A stretch of DNA of 61,027 bases, the filler included. It is 8 parts of 8 records of this genome, joined end to end, with 100 filler letters (N's around TTAATTAATTAA, not from the genome) between each part and the next. Parts side by side here need not be neighbours in the genome. Positions count along the whole stretch, not along the records: positions 49,722 to 55,829 come from SRR31147125_76769; positions 55,930 to 61,027 come from SRR31147125_76813; 6 more parts are not named here. One strand, written 5' to 3'. The notes beneath the pieces were generated by a model. That model was not told where the DNA came from. It saw only the letters and a list, made by a program, of their open reading frames with translations, and ran no database searches. The position numbers were made by a program, and so were the translations under genes. Shown here piece by piece: positions 50,683 to 61,025 of the stretch (positions within the stretch are counted from its first letter, which is position 1; each line of letters opens with the position of its first letter).

Positions 50683-52155
50683 ATGAGAATTGCAATTGCG
50701 GAAATCAGTCAGGAAAATGATACTTTCAGTCCTATAAAAGCAGAGATTGCGGATTTTAAGAAATCGACCTGTCTCTTTGGACAAGAAATTCTGGATAAAG
50801 AGATAGTCAGGGATGTGTTGGATGGGGCACGCTTTTACTTTAAAGATCATGCGGATGTTGAATTACTGCCGGTAATAATGGCAAAAGCAGTTCCAAATGG
50901 AAAGCTGACGGCAGAAGCTGTGGAATATTTCAGGGAAAAGCTTATAGAAGGTATTAAACCGCTGCTGCCGATAGATGGATTTCTTTTTTCTGTACATGGA
51001 GCCACCGTTGCTGAAGGTTGTGATGATGTGAGCGGCTTGCTGTTAAAGACTGTTCGGGAATTAATAGGTGAAAATGTCCCTCTGGCAGCTCCGATAGATC
51101 ACCATGCAGTTGTGACGAAACAGATAATGGATTCAACAGATATCATTGTAGGATTTGAGACCCAACCGCACAATCCCTTTGCAACGGGAGTAAAGACTGC
51201 AGAACTGCTTAAGGACATAATCAAATCAGGCAGAAAACTATCAAAATCCTGGGTGAAAATACCAATGATTGCTCCGCAGGATCAATTTCTGACATCCCGT
51301 AATCCAATGAAACAGTGGTTTGATTCAGCAAGAGAGATAGAGAAAAAAGAATCGGTGTTTTCCATCTCTTTATTTCCCATGCAGCCGTGGGTAGATGTTG
51401 AAGAGGGCGGATGGTCCGTTGTGGTCTATACCCTGAATGATTCAGATTTGGCGGATGAGATCGCATGCCGGTTGGGGAATGATGCCTGGGCGATGCGAGA
51501 GGAGTTTTGGATTTCTGAAAGGGTAAATCCTTCAGAGGCTGTAGTTGAGGCAGATACGTTTAAAAAGGGCCTGGTTGTAATTTCAGATACCGGTGACGCT
51601 GTTTACGGGGGTGGAACAGGTGATAGTAACTGCTTAATTCGTGAAATGGTAAAACATACAATATCATCAACTGCCTTAATCCCCATTGTGGACGCGGAAG
51701 CAGTAGATGCCTGTATGAAAGCTGGCTTGACTACTATAGAGATTGCACTTGGCGGGAAAAACGATCCTTTCAGTGATCCTTTCACAATCGAAGGCAGAAC
51801 CACAGCTATCTCTGATGGATTGAAACTTCAAACGGAAATGGGAATAACCGACTTGGGCAGGACGGTACTTTTCGAATCTGGAAACCTGCGGATTGTAATT
51901 CTTGATACCCGCAGCTACGCGATAAACATGCCTATTCTGTATACCAGCCTTGGTTTGAAAATTGAAGATGCTGGAATAGTTGTATTGAAGACCGGCAGTA
52001 ATTTTCAATATTTTGACACATGGCGTAAGAAACTTGTTCGTGCGGATTCTCCCGGTGCCACCCAATCAAACCTCGCCGATTTTAGTTGGAAAAGACTTCC
52101 CAGACCTATCTTCCCATTGGATAATATAACAAGATGGAAAGCAGAAAAATTATGA
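50683..52155 (+). CDS. MlrC / M81 family metallo-amidohydrolase
   Basis: MRIAIAEISQENDTFSP, SVHGA, PIDHHA, PH, FPMQPWVD, SDTGDAVYGGGTGD, RLPRPIFPLD. Confidence 0.88.
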   Translation: MRIAIAEISQENDTFSPIKAEIADFKKSTCLFGQEILDKEIVRDVLDGARFYFKDHADVELLPVIMAKAVPNGKLTAEAVEYFREKLIEGIKPLLPIDGFLFSVHGATVAEGCDDVSGLLLKTVRELIGENVPLAAPIDHHAVVTKQIMDSTDIIVGFETQPHNPFATGVKTAELLKDIIKSGRKLSKSWVKIPMIAPQDQFLTSRNPMKQWFDSAREIEKKESVFSISLFPMQPWVDVEEGGWSVVVYTLNDSDLADEIACRLGNDAWAMREEFWISERVNPSEAVVEADTFKKGLVVISDTGDAVYGGGTGDSNCLIREMVKHTISSTALIPIVDAEAVDACMKAGLTTIEIALGGKNDPFSDPFTIEGRTTAISDGLKLQTEMGITDLGRTVLFESGNLRIVILDTRSYAINMPILYTSLGLKIEDAGIVVLKTGSNFQYFDTWRKKLVRADSPGATQSNLADFSWKRLPRPIFPLDNITRWKAEKL

Positions 52156-52164
52156 GGGGGAGAA

Positions 52165-52731
52165 ATGTCAGATAAAGTAAACGAAAAAATACGTGAAGTG
52201 AGAAAAAGACAGGGGCTGACGCTTCAGAAATTATCCAGTTTAACGAAACTCAGCAAAGGCTATTTGTCAAAGATAGAATCATCAGAATTCGCGCCGAGAA
52301 TTCAAACGCTTAATAAAATCGCAAAGGCTCTAAATACGGATATCGGCTATTTTCTTGAAGAATTCAGTTTAGATGAAAAACAATCCCAGAATATTGATTT
52401 GGTTAGGAAATCACATCATCCGCAGAAAGTGGGGGAGCATACTGATTACGGGTACTCATATATTTCTCTTTTACATAATTTCTCAGGTAAATATATGGCG
52501 CCCTACATTCTTAAAATTGAAGAGGGGTGTACTCAAAAATTCACACATGACAGCGAGGAATTTATGTACATCATAAAAGGTTCTCTTATTTTTTCCTATG
52601 ACGGTTCGGATTATGAGTTAAACGAAGGAGATAGTATTTATTTCGACTCCAGGCTGGAACACTCTTTGCGGAATAGGCTTACAAAAGAGGCGGAAATTCT
52701 CAATGTGGTATTTGACTATCGTAAGTTTTAA
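52165..52731 (+). CDS. XRE-family HTH / cupin transcriptional regulator
   Basis: RKRQGLTLQKLS..LSKGYLSKIE; HDSEEFMYI..G, LNEGDSIYFDS..H. Confidence 0.92.
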   Translation: MSDKVNEKIREVRKRQGLTLQKLSSLTKLSKGYLSKIESSEFAPRIQTLNKIAKALNTDIGYFLEEFSLDEKQSQNIDLVRKSHHPQKVGEHTDYGYSYISLLHNFSGKYMAPYILKIEEGCTQKFTHDSEEFMYIIKGSLIFSYDGSDYELNEGDSIYFDSRLEHSLRNRLTKEAEILNVVFDYRKF

Positions 52732-52766
52732 GCTGGATAAATAATGAATGGTTCATAATAAATGAG

Positions 52767-53585
52767 GTGTTGCATATGCAGAGACTTGAAGATGAAATGA
52801 AAGGAAAAGTAGTCATAATTACCGGTGGAAATAACGGAATCGGAAAAGGGTGTGCCCAGGCTTTCTGTTTCTATGGCGCTAAAGTAGTCATTGCTGCCAG
52901 AAACGAGCAAAAAGGGAATGCTCTTGCAGAAGAGCTTACAGAAACCGGACCAGGTATATGTGTTTTCTGCAAATGTGATGTTTCAAAACCAGATGATGTT
53001 AAGTCTCTCATCGATTTTACCGTGCAGAAATTTGGAAAACTGGACTGTATAGTAAATAATGCGGGATACCTGCCAAAACACCGATCTCTTGATGATATTA
53101 CCGAGACTGATTTTGAGAATGTGATCAGAACAAATTTGATAGGCGTCTTTTCCGGCTGTAAATATGCTTTACCCCATTTACGAAAAACCCATGGGTCAAT
53201 CATAAATATGAGCAGCATTCTCGGGAGCGTCGGGCAGGAAGGCTCTTCCATCTATTCGGCAACAAAGGGTGCCATTACGGCATTTACAAAATCAATTGCC
53301 ATGGATGAAGCGAAAAACAGTGTTCGGGTCAATGTGGTTTTGCCGGGAGATATAGGCACAGATCTTGGTAAAGAACATATGAAAGAGTTGATTGAAAAGA
53401 AAAAGAGCGCAAAGAAAAAGACCTATGTTCAGTGGATCCAAAGACAGGGCAATATTTTGGATACCGGTTGGACCTGTCTGTTTCTGGCAAGTAATATGGC
53501 GGCTTATATGACAGGGGCCGAGGTGAATGTAACAGGTGGTTTTGAATTAGGTAACGGGCTGAAGGTATCCCGTTACGATGCATAA
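52767..53585 (+). CDS. Short-chain dehydrogenase/reductase
   Basis: TGGNNGIG, NNAG, YSATK catalytic motif, VRVNVVLPG. True start may be 52776 or 52797. Confidence 0.92.
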   Translation: MLHMQRLEDEMKGKVVIITGGNNGIGKGCAQAFCFYGAKVVIAARNEQKGNALAEELTETGPGICVFCKCDVSKPDDVKSLIDFTVQKFGKLDCIVNNAGYLPKHRSLDDITETDFENVIRTNLIGVFSGCKYALPHLRKTHGSIINMSSILGSVGQEGSSIYSATKGAITAFTKSIAMDEAKNSVRVNVVLPGDIGTDLGKEHMKELIEKKKSAKKKTYVQWIQRQGNILDTGWTCLFLASNMAAYMTGAEVNVTGGFELGNGLKVSRYDA

Positions 53586-53623
53586 ATAAGCAGTATAAAA
53601 ATAGTTGCGGGAGCGGCAGAAAT

Positions 53624-54451
53624 ATGAAAACTACAGTTCATTTACTTGCAGATAATTTAGCTTTTCCTGAAGGACCGGCATTTGCTCCAGATGGCAGTTT
53701 GTGGTGTGTTGAGCTGGAAGGTGGAAATATTGTGCATATCATAGACGAAAGCATAAAAAGATATCCGACAGGAGGCAATCCGAACGGACTCATCTTTGAT
53801 CTTGCCGGGTATGGATGGATATGCGATGCGGGGAATAATAAGATTCTAAAATTCTTTCCCGAAACAGGTGCATTTGAAACGAAAGCTGAATTTATTGATG
53901 GAAAGAGCCTTAACAAACCAAATGATCTGATTTTTGATGCGCACGACAGCACTCTATTTACCTGTCCCGGGAATTCACGTGCCGAACCGACAGGCTATGT
54001 CTGCTGTAGAGATTCAGAAGGAGCCGTTAAGAAAATTGCGGATAACCTCTATTTTCCCAATGGACTGGTTTTATCAGATGAAGGCGAAACACTGATTATT
54101 GCCGAAACCTTTAAACAGCGCCTGTGGAAAGGGTACTGGAGCGCGGAAAAACAGGAATGGACAGACGCAAAAGTATGGGCGGATACAGGAGGCTCGATAG
54201 GTCCTGACGGCATGGCTTTGGACGCAAACGGTCTATTATATGTTGCCGTTTACGGATCGGGACAGATCAAGGTTATAGATACAGCTGGAGATATTGTTCA
54301 AGCTTACGATTTACCCGGTAGCAATCCTACCAATGTTGCGTTTGATCCATCGGGTCGTCTGGGACTGATTGTCACTGAAGCGGAGAAAGGACAGCTGCTC
54401 TCTCTACCGGAAGTAAAATTCGATGGGTCCGGTATGGAGGTAGATCTTTGA
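53624..54451 (+). CDS. SMP-30/gluconolactonase/LRE family protein
   Basis: FPEGP, PNGL, PNDL, FPNGL, PDGMALD..G.LYVA, PTNVAF. Confidence 0.9.
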   Translation: MKTTVHLLADNLAFPEGPAFAPDGSLWCVELEGGNIVHIIDESIKRYPTGGNPNGLIFDLAGYGWICDAGNNKILKFFPETGAFETKAEFIDGKSLNKPNDLIFDAHDSTLFTCPGNSRAEPTGYVCCRDSEGAVKKIADNLYFPNGLVLSDEGETLIIAETFKQRLWKGYWSAEKQEWTDAKVWADTGGSIGPDGMALDANGLLYVAVYGSGQIKVIDTAGDIVQAYDLPGSNPTNVAFDPSGRLGLIVTEAEKGQLLSLPEVKFDGSGMEVDL

Positions 54452-55800
54452 AGATTATTGCACTGAATGGGCTGCTCGGGTACGGGTATACTGAAGAGGC
54501 TCTGAAGAATGCGTTTCTGCAGAATCCCGATGTAATTGGAGTTGATGCGGGTTCAACAGATCCTGGACCGTATTATCTGGGCAGCGGGAAGTCGTTTACA
54601 AATCGCAACGCCGTTAAACGTGATCTGGAACTTGCACTTCCGGAGGCAATAAGAAAGAAGATTCCTTTTATTGTCGGAACAGCCGGCGGAGCCGGAGCAC
54701 AAAAACATGTTGATTGGCTGTATGAAATCATTGATGAAATAGCATCACAGGAAAAGCTGACGTTTACATCCGCGATAATATACTCGGATGTCTCAACGGA
54801 ATATGTGCTCGACAAATTCGAAAACGGCAAACTGAAGCCAATGGGTAATCTGAAGGCCACCGAGCAGTCAATCAAACAAAGTAATTCAATAGTTGCCCAG
54901 CTCTCTATAGATCCGGTAATAGCCGCCCTCGATAAGGGAGCAGATCTCATTATATGCGGTAGACTGTGTGACACTGCCATTTATGCAGCCCCTGCTGTAA
55001 GAGCAGGATATGATCCGGGGTTGGCATTTCACATGGCAAAGATCATGGAGTGCGGCAGCATGTGCAGTGAACCGCTAAGCGCTTCTGATGTCATGATGGG
55101 TGAGATAGAGGATGAGTATTTTACTCTGACACCCATGAATCCCATCAGGCGCTGTACTGTTGCAAGGGTTGCCGCTCACACAATGTATGAACAGGTAAAT
55201 CCCTATTATATTTATGAACCGGACGGGGTGATTGACCTTCAAAACAGTCATTATGAACAGTTGAATGAACGCAGCGTACGGGTTTCAGGAAGTGTCCTGC
55301 AGCCTGCCGCACAGAAAACGGTGAAGCTTGAAGGAACAAAGCCGGTCGGATACAGAACAATCAGCATCGCCGGTATCAATGACCATGAAACCGTTCGGCA
55401 TTTGGAAGAGATTCTGCAGGGTGTTCGAGAATTTACAGCAGAAAACTTGAAAGATGTTTCACTGGAAGATTACTCATTGCAATTGAGAAAGTATGGAGTG
55501 ACCGAGCAGGATATAGCAAACGGATGTGAGGGGAACGTCGGTATTATACTGGATGTGGTAGGAAAAACAGAAGAATTATCTGCTGCGGTGTGTGCGGTAG
55601 CTAGGGCTCGTATGCTGCACTTCGATTATACCGGACGTAAATCGACAGCGGGAAATCTTGCATTTCCCTACTCCCCGTCCGATATCAGGATGGGTGCCGT
55701 ATATACTTTCAGTCTTTATCATCTGTGTGAGGTGGAAGACCTGCTGGAGTGTGCCGAAATTGAATTCAGGAGGCATCAAGATGGCAAGCAGACTGATTGA
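54448..55800 (+). CDS. AtuA-like (DUF1446) family protein
   Basis: GLLGYG, DAGSTDPGPYYLG, GTAGGAG, GR..D, HMAKIMECG, VAAHTMYE, STAGNLAFPYSPSD. Confidence 0.82.
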   Translation: MKIIALNGLLGYGYTEEALKNAFLQNPDVIGVDAGSTDPGPYYLGSGKSFTNRNAVKRDLELALPEAIRKKIPFIVGTAGGAGAQKHVDWLYEIIDEIASQEKLTFTSAIIYSDVSTEYVLDKFENGKLKPMGNLKATEQSIKQSNSIVAQLSIDPVIAALDKGADLIICGRLCDTAIYAAPAVRAGYDPGLAFHMAKIMECGSMCSEPLSASDVMMGEIEDEYFTLTPMNPIRRCTVARVAAHTMYEQVNPYYIYEPDGVIDLQNSHYEQLNERSVRVSGSVLQPAAQKTVKLEGTKPVGYRTISIAGINDHETVRHLEEILQGVREFTAENLKDVSLEDYSLQLRKYGVTEQDIANGCEGNVGIILDVVGKTEELSAAVCAVARARMLHFDYTGRKSTAGNLAFPYSPSDIRMGAVYTFSLYHLCEVEDLLECAEIEFRRHQDGKQTD

Positions 55801-55829
55801 TATAGCCCGCATACTTCGTTCCAAAAATG
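55781..55829 (+). CDS. DUF4387-like small protein, N-terminal fragment
   Basis: RBS AGGAGG, then MASRLIDIARILRSKN; overlaps the AtuA-like gene end, the usual partner arrangement. Confidence 0.65.
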
Positions 55830-55929
55830 NNNNNNNNNNNNNNNNNNNNNNNNNNNNNNNNNNNNNNNNNNNNTTAATTAATTAANNNNNNNNNNNNNNN
55901 NNNNNNNNNNNNNNNNNNNNNNNNNNNNN
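55830..55929. other. Artificial contig spacer
   Basis: N44-TTAATTAATTAA-N44. Confidence 0.99.
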
Positions 55930-57205
55930 GGTAAACCGGGCAAATACAATATAAATCGTCTCCTTTTTGGGTGAAAAAGATTTCTTTGGTGGCCCTTCCT
56001 TCATCAGGATTAACCGTAAGTTTCATTACATCGTATTTTGCTTTGTAACGACCACGCTTTGGTTCTTCCGCTTTTCCTTTTGTCCACTGGCATGTATTTT
56101 CCCAGCAACGTGTTCCATAAATAGCTTCACCGTTTACAGCCATCCAATCCCCCATTTCCAACAATCGTTCCTGCATAATTACCGGAATTCTACCATCGGC
56201 AGTTGGGCCAATATCAAGCAGGAAGTTGCCGCCGCGGCTTACAATGTCGACAAGCATATAAAGCAACTGTTGGGTAGAGTTGTAGTCTTCAATATTTTCG
56301 GTGCGGCTGTATCCAAACGAATGCGCCATTCCGCGGTTTTCTTCCCAGGCATTATCGGCGTTGGGCATTCCCGAACCATATTCGGTAGTATAATAGCCAC
56401 CATGATGATGACGAGTTTCTTTTCCCCAGCGGTCGTTAATTACCACCTCGTTTTTGCAAGGCGATTCATTGTACAACCACGATAAAACTTCGGTAGCACG
56501 CCAGGTTGTGTGCGGATGGTCCCACTCGCCATCGGTAAAAATTAATGCCGGCGAATATTTTTCAACCACATCTTTAAATTGCGGAATCATGTGTTTATCT
56601 ACAAACAAATCAACATCGTTTGTATAAAGCGGATTAAACCATTCGTACAACGAATAATAAAGTCCCATTTTTACTTCGGTTTTGCGAACGGCATTTGTCA
56701 ACTCGCCAAGCAAATCGCGCATTGGGCCCGAATTGGTAGAACTCCATGGACGCCCCCAGGATTTGTCGGACTCGGCACTTGGCCACAAACAATAGCCATC
56801 GTGATGTTTAGAGGTAAGCACCACATATTTTGCACCCGATTTATCGAAAACATCGGCCCACTGGTCGGCATCGAACATTTTACAGTTAAACATGGGCACA
56901 AAATCGGGGTACGTAAAATTCTCACCGTACATATTTTTATGAAATGCGTTGGTTTCGTTGTAGCCCTGATGTACACGTCCCGGGTTCACCAGATTCATCC
57001 AGTACCATTCGGAATAAGCTCCAACTTTCGAAAATGCCGGAACAGAATACGGCCCCCAGTGAATAAATATCCCAAATTTGGCATCGGTATACCATTCAGG
57101 AATTGGCCGGCTGTCGATCGACTTCCAATTGGCTTTGTATTCTTTTTGTGCTGAAATTTGCTGGATGGCAAAAACGGCAATAAGGATGATAATAAGTTTC
57201 TTCAT
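55930..57205 (-). CDS. Alpha-L-fucosidase GH29 (3' truncated)
   Basis: Signal peptide; AKFGIFIHWG.YSVP, KHHDG, YYSLYEW, FTDGEW, NDRWG, VSRGGNFLLDIGP. Confidence 0.95.
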
Positions 57206-57239
57206 ATTTAGAATTAGAATGTTATTGACTTTGGTAATA

Positions 57240-57247
57240 CAAAACTA
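57240..57247 (-). promoter_or_regulatory. Possible Bacteroidota -7 promoter element
   Basis: Minus strand TAGTTTTG fits TAnnTTTG, about 35 nt upstream of the GH29 start; no clear -33 element. Confidence 0.35.
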
Positions 57248-57464
57248 TCTGCAACAATCTAAAATAAGGGTGACAAATTGTTCCAACAGGGTAGACAAAT
57301 ACTTAAAATCGCCCTTGTAATGTATTATGTGCCTGCCCCAAAAGTTACTGCCAAAGTTATTTTGAAAATTTACCCATTTTTATGGGCACAATAGGAAAAA
57401 GTACAAATATTACCTCTGTTTTATCATCGTGGTGGTCGTCGTGTCCGCAAAAAAGATAGATTCC

Positions 57465-59846
57465 TTAGTTCTGCGAATTCGTTATTTTCAAATCAGATGT
57501 AAGACTATAACAATTCCCTGTTTCTGTATCGAAACTTAATTTTCGATTTTTATAACGCAGCTTGCATTTTTCACCCTTTTTCGATAGTACTTCCAACTTT
57601 TTCAATTTACCGTTTTCCCAGCTCAAATTGAGTTCAAAACCGTTGCGGGTACAAACACCGTTAAACTCACCCTCTTTCCAACTATCAGGAAAAGCCGGTA
57701 AAATATAAATCTCCTTGTTGTACGATTGCACCAACATTTCCGAGATTCCACATGCACCGGCAAAGTTTCCATCTATTGAAAAAATATCCTGGGCTGCACC
57801 GGCAATTCCTCCTCGCGAATAAGCCAACATGCTAATGCTTGCATTTTCTTTTACTAAGCCATATAAATGTTTTAATGCCTCTTCCGGTTTTAACAGGCGT
57901 GCATAAAAATTTATGTTGTTGCCACGGCTCCATTCCACATCTTCCCAATTGGGTTGATTAAATCTGCGTTGCAGGGTAATTTCGGCAGCTTTTGCCAATT
58001 CGGGCGTTTCTTGCGGATTTATTTGAAAACTGGGATATAATGAAATTAAATGTGAAGTGTGCCTGTGTTCTGGTACTGCCTCTTCGTAATCTTCAAGCCA
58101 CTCTTGTAACTGTCCGTATTTTCCAATTTCAAGGGGCTGAAGTTTGTTTACCTTTTCCTCTAAATTCTTCCTGAATTCTTCATCAACATCTAAAATAGTT
58201 GAAGCCTCGATACAGGAGTTGAACAGATCGCGAATTAAAACGGCATCGCAAACCGTTCCCATTCCTTCGCTAAATATATTTCCTTTTGAATCGAAATATT
58301 TGTTCTCGGGCGAAACCGACGGACCGGAAACCAAATATCCTTTTTCAGGATGTTCTGTTAAATAACTATCGAAAAACAAGGCGGCTTCTTTTAAAACCGG
58401 GTAGGCTCTTTCGCGAAGAAAATCTTCATCGAGCGTATAATCATAATGATTCCAGAGGTGCGAGGCAATCCAAATTCCGCCGGTAACATGATGCGACCAA
58501 CCCAAACCCCAACCGGGTGCTGTAAATCCCCAGGCATTGGTAACAACGTGCGCCACCCAGCCCGGGCAGCCGTACAAATTCTTTGCGGTTCTCGAACCGG
58601 ATTCTACCAAACCTTCGATTAAATTGAAAAGCGGCTCGTGGCATTCGCTCAGGTTCCCCGACTCGGTTAACCAGTAATTTTGTTGCGTATTTATATCTAA
58701 ATGAAAATCGCAGGTCCACGGCATATTACAGGCAAAATTGTCGTTCCAAATTCCCTGTAAGTTTGTGGGCACAGACGAATCTGCACGCGAGCCGGAAATT
58801 AACAAATAACGCGCATAATTATAGAACAGCGCAAAAAGTTGCGGGTCGGTATTCGTCGTTGATAATTTCGAAATTCGTTCGTCGGTTGGTAAATCCGAAA
58901 TCTCCGCTCCCAAACTCAAACTTGTCCGCTTATATAATTTCTGGTAATCTTCAATGTGTTTTCTTTTAATCTCTTTAAACGATGTATTTTTCAGCTTCGC
59001 CAGTTTTTGTAAACTTTCTCTTTTCGGATTTTCATGAACGTAAGTTGTGTAGCCACAAATACGCAATTCTACTTCGGCAGCATCTTTAAATTCAATTCCT
59101 TCATCGCTAATCAAAACCTTTCCATCGCAATTTACAACCTCGATTGCCGTAAAAAAATGAACGCCGGTTTTGCCATCGCTGTGAACAGTTTCAAAAGCAT
59201 CGCCTTCAATTCCCCATGTATCTTCTGTAACTTTTAAGGTTTCAAAAGGAATTCCTTTCGAATTAAAATGAATGTTTGCTGAAAGTGCTTTCTTTTCCGA
59301 AGCCCTCAGTTTTACGATGACAACATCATCGGGATGTGAAGCAAATATTTCTCTTGAATATTTTACGCCATTCGAATTAAAACCAACAGAAGCAAGCGCT
59401 TTTGAAATATCCAGTTCCCGTTTGTAATCGCTTACATTTTCTTCATTAATATTAAAATCGAGAAACAAACTGCCCATGGGCAAATGCGTTCCGTAGTTCT
59501 CTTTATTCCCAAGTAGGTGTTGTTCAATTAATTTTTCGGCTTTAGCATATTCTTTATTGAAATAGTGTTGCCTTATTTTTGGAAAATTTTCGAGCCCGGT
59601 ATCTTTTTCGTTCGTAGTGCTTGCTTCGCCCGACCACAGTGTTGAAATATTTAGGCCAAGCGTTTCGCGTTCAACTCCGCCAAAAACAACAGCTCCCAAA
59701 CGCCCATTTCCAACGGGTAGCGATTCTATCCATTTATCAGCCGGTTGTTTGTACCAAAGTTTGTTTTCCCGGGCTTCGGTATTTAAAATACCCATTGTGA
59801 AAATAGCTCCCATTAAAATGAAATAAACAACAACTTTCCTTTTCAT
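57465..59846 (-). CDS. GH95 alpha-1,2-L-fucosidase-like glycoside hydrolase
   Basis: WYKQPA..W.ESLPVGNGRLG, RYLLISGSR, NLQGIWN, HLDINTQQNYW, SPEN, GQLQEW, HRHTSHL, IDGN. Confidence 0.93.
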   Translation of the reverse strand: MKRKVVVYFILMGAIFTMGILNTEARENKLWYKQPADKWIESLPVGNGRLGAVVFGGVERETLGLNISTLWSGEASTTNEKDTGLENFPKIRQHYFNKEYAKAEKLIEQHLLGNKENYGTHLPMGSLFLDFNINEENVSDYKRELDISKALASVGFNSNGVKYSREIFASHPDDVVIVKLRASEKKALSANIHFNSKGIPFETLKVTEDTWGIEGDAFETVHSDGKTGVHFFTAIEVVNCDGKVLISDEGIEFKDAAEVELRICGYTTYVHENPKRESLQKLAKLKNTSFKEIKRKHIEDYQKLYKRTSLSLGAEISDLPTDERISKLSTTNTDPQLFALFYNYARYLLISGSRADSSVPTNLQGIWNDNFACNMPWTCDFHLDINTQQNYWLTESGNLSECHEPLFNLIEGLVESGSRTAKNLYGCPGWVAHVVTNAWGFTAPGWGLGWSHHVTGGIWIASHLWNHYDYTLDEDFLRERAYPVLKEAALFFDSYLTEHPEKGYLVSGPSVSPENKYFDSKGNIFSEGMGTVCDAVLIRDLFNSCIEASTILDVDEEFRKNLEEKVNKLQPLEIGKYGQLQEWLEDYEEAVPEHRHTSHLISLYPSFQINPQETPELAKAAEITLQRRFNQPNWEDVEWSRGNNINFYARLLKPEEALKHLYGLVKENASISMLAYSRGGIAGAAQDIFSIDGNFAGACGISEMLVQSYNKEIYILPAFPDSWKEGEFNGVCTRNGFELNLSWENGKLKKLEVLSKKGEKCKLRYKNRKLSFDTETGNCYSLTSDLKITNSQN

Positions 59847-59909
59847 AATTTCAGGCTAAAACATTACCAATTAACTGAAAATCAAACTCTTTAAAATTAA
59901 ACAATCGGA

Positions 59910-61025
59910 TTATTTTAACGGTAATTCAACTGCAAAAGCGTCGATAGTTACAGGGCCGTTATATTCCGTTTCTGTTTTTTCAAATTTAAGAATATGAGTT
60001 CCGTTTTCAAGTACTCCCGATTGATAAATGGTCGAATGATTAACCGGAGCATAGTTACAACGAATGGTTTCTATGTATTTCCCATCGATGTATACTTTAT
60101 AAGAACCAAACTTCCGCCCCAACTGGCCAAACACTTCTACTTTGGTTCCGGTGAAGGTAAATTCGACTGCATCGCCCAAAGTTTCGCTACTCATTTCTTT
60201 TTTCAAAAAGGCATTTGCATTATCAAGCTTTTTCCAATTTCCGGTAAATTTTACATTTTCCGAAGTCTCGTCTACTTTTTGCCAATACTCATCGTAATGA
60301 TAATCGCCCAGTACCACCATTTCATAAAAACAATTTTCATTGTCCGAGTTCTTTAAAGAAACGGTAATTGTTTTATTCTGATAGGGAGCTATGGCATCCA
60401 CTTTTACAGATTTCAAAATGCGCATACCGGTTTTGCTATATTCCCGCACCTCTGCAGTGCATGACTCTGATACGGACAGACCACAATTTTCAATGCCTCC
60501 TACCAAAACTTTGCCTCCTTTTTCTTCTTTAACTTTTAAAGGCAAGGCAATTAAAGAAGCTTCGTTAACCGAACGCCCGGGCAAAACAGCATAACCATAA
60601 ACCAAATCGCCGGAAGTAGTTTGCCCAATTAGTTTAAAATCGTAATCGTGGTGATTGATACCATTGTCCCCTTTAAATGTAACAATAAGAGCATTACCAC
60701 TTTCCCTGGTTTTTACGGCCTTGCAACCTCCTCCATAATTCACAAGCTGATCGGAACCAAATCGCAAAGACTTAACATCCAAATCTTCCCGGGGATTAAA
60801 ATTCTTATCAGCTTCAATTTTAAGTTCTATTTTTTTTGTTGAACCGGTAATAGGCTTCTTATTCAGTATAAAAATATTCTTCTCTACCACCAATGGCATA
60901 ATCATGTTTTTAGAGCTATGATTGTCGTTTGGTTTTTCATCTTTTTTTGCCACATCCATAACAGCAAGCGATAAATGCGTGGCGCGTCCGTATTCATCTT
61001 GAATTACTTTGGGGCGTTCGAATTT
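59910..61025 (-). CDS. Glycoside hydrolase fragment (GH43-like beta-propeller end plus C-terminal carbohydrate-binding-like domain), 5' truncated
   Basis: Frame is open to the window edge (KFERPKVIQDEYGRATHLSLAVMDV..NDNHSSKN); C-terminal FTGNW..GDAVEFTFTGT..YKVYIDGK. Confidence 0.6.
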   Translation of the reverse strand, partial: KFERPKVIQDEYGRATHLSLAVMDVAKKDEKPNDNHSSKNMIMPLVVEKNIFILNKKPITGSTKKIELKIEADKNFNPREDLDVKSLRFGSDQLVNYGGGCKAVKTRESGNALIVTFKGDNGINHHDYDFKLIGQTTSGDLVYGYAVLPGRSVNEASLIALPLKVKEEKGGKVLVGGIENCGLSVSESCTAEVREYSKTGMRILKSVKVDAIAPYQNKTITVSLKNSDNENCFYEMVVLGDYHYDEYWQKVDETSENVKFTGNWKKLDNANAFLKKEMSSETLGDAVEFTFTGTKVEVFGQLGRKFGSYKVYIDGKYIETIRCNYAPVNHSTIYQSGVLENGTHILKFEKTETEYNGPVTIDAFAVELPLK

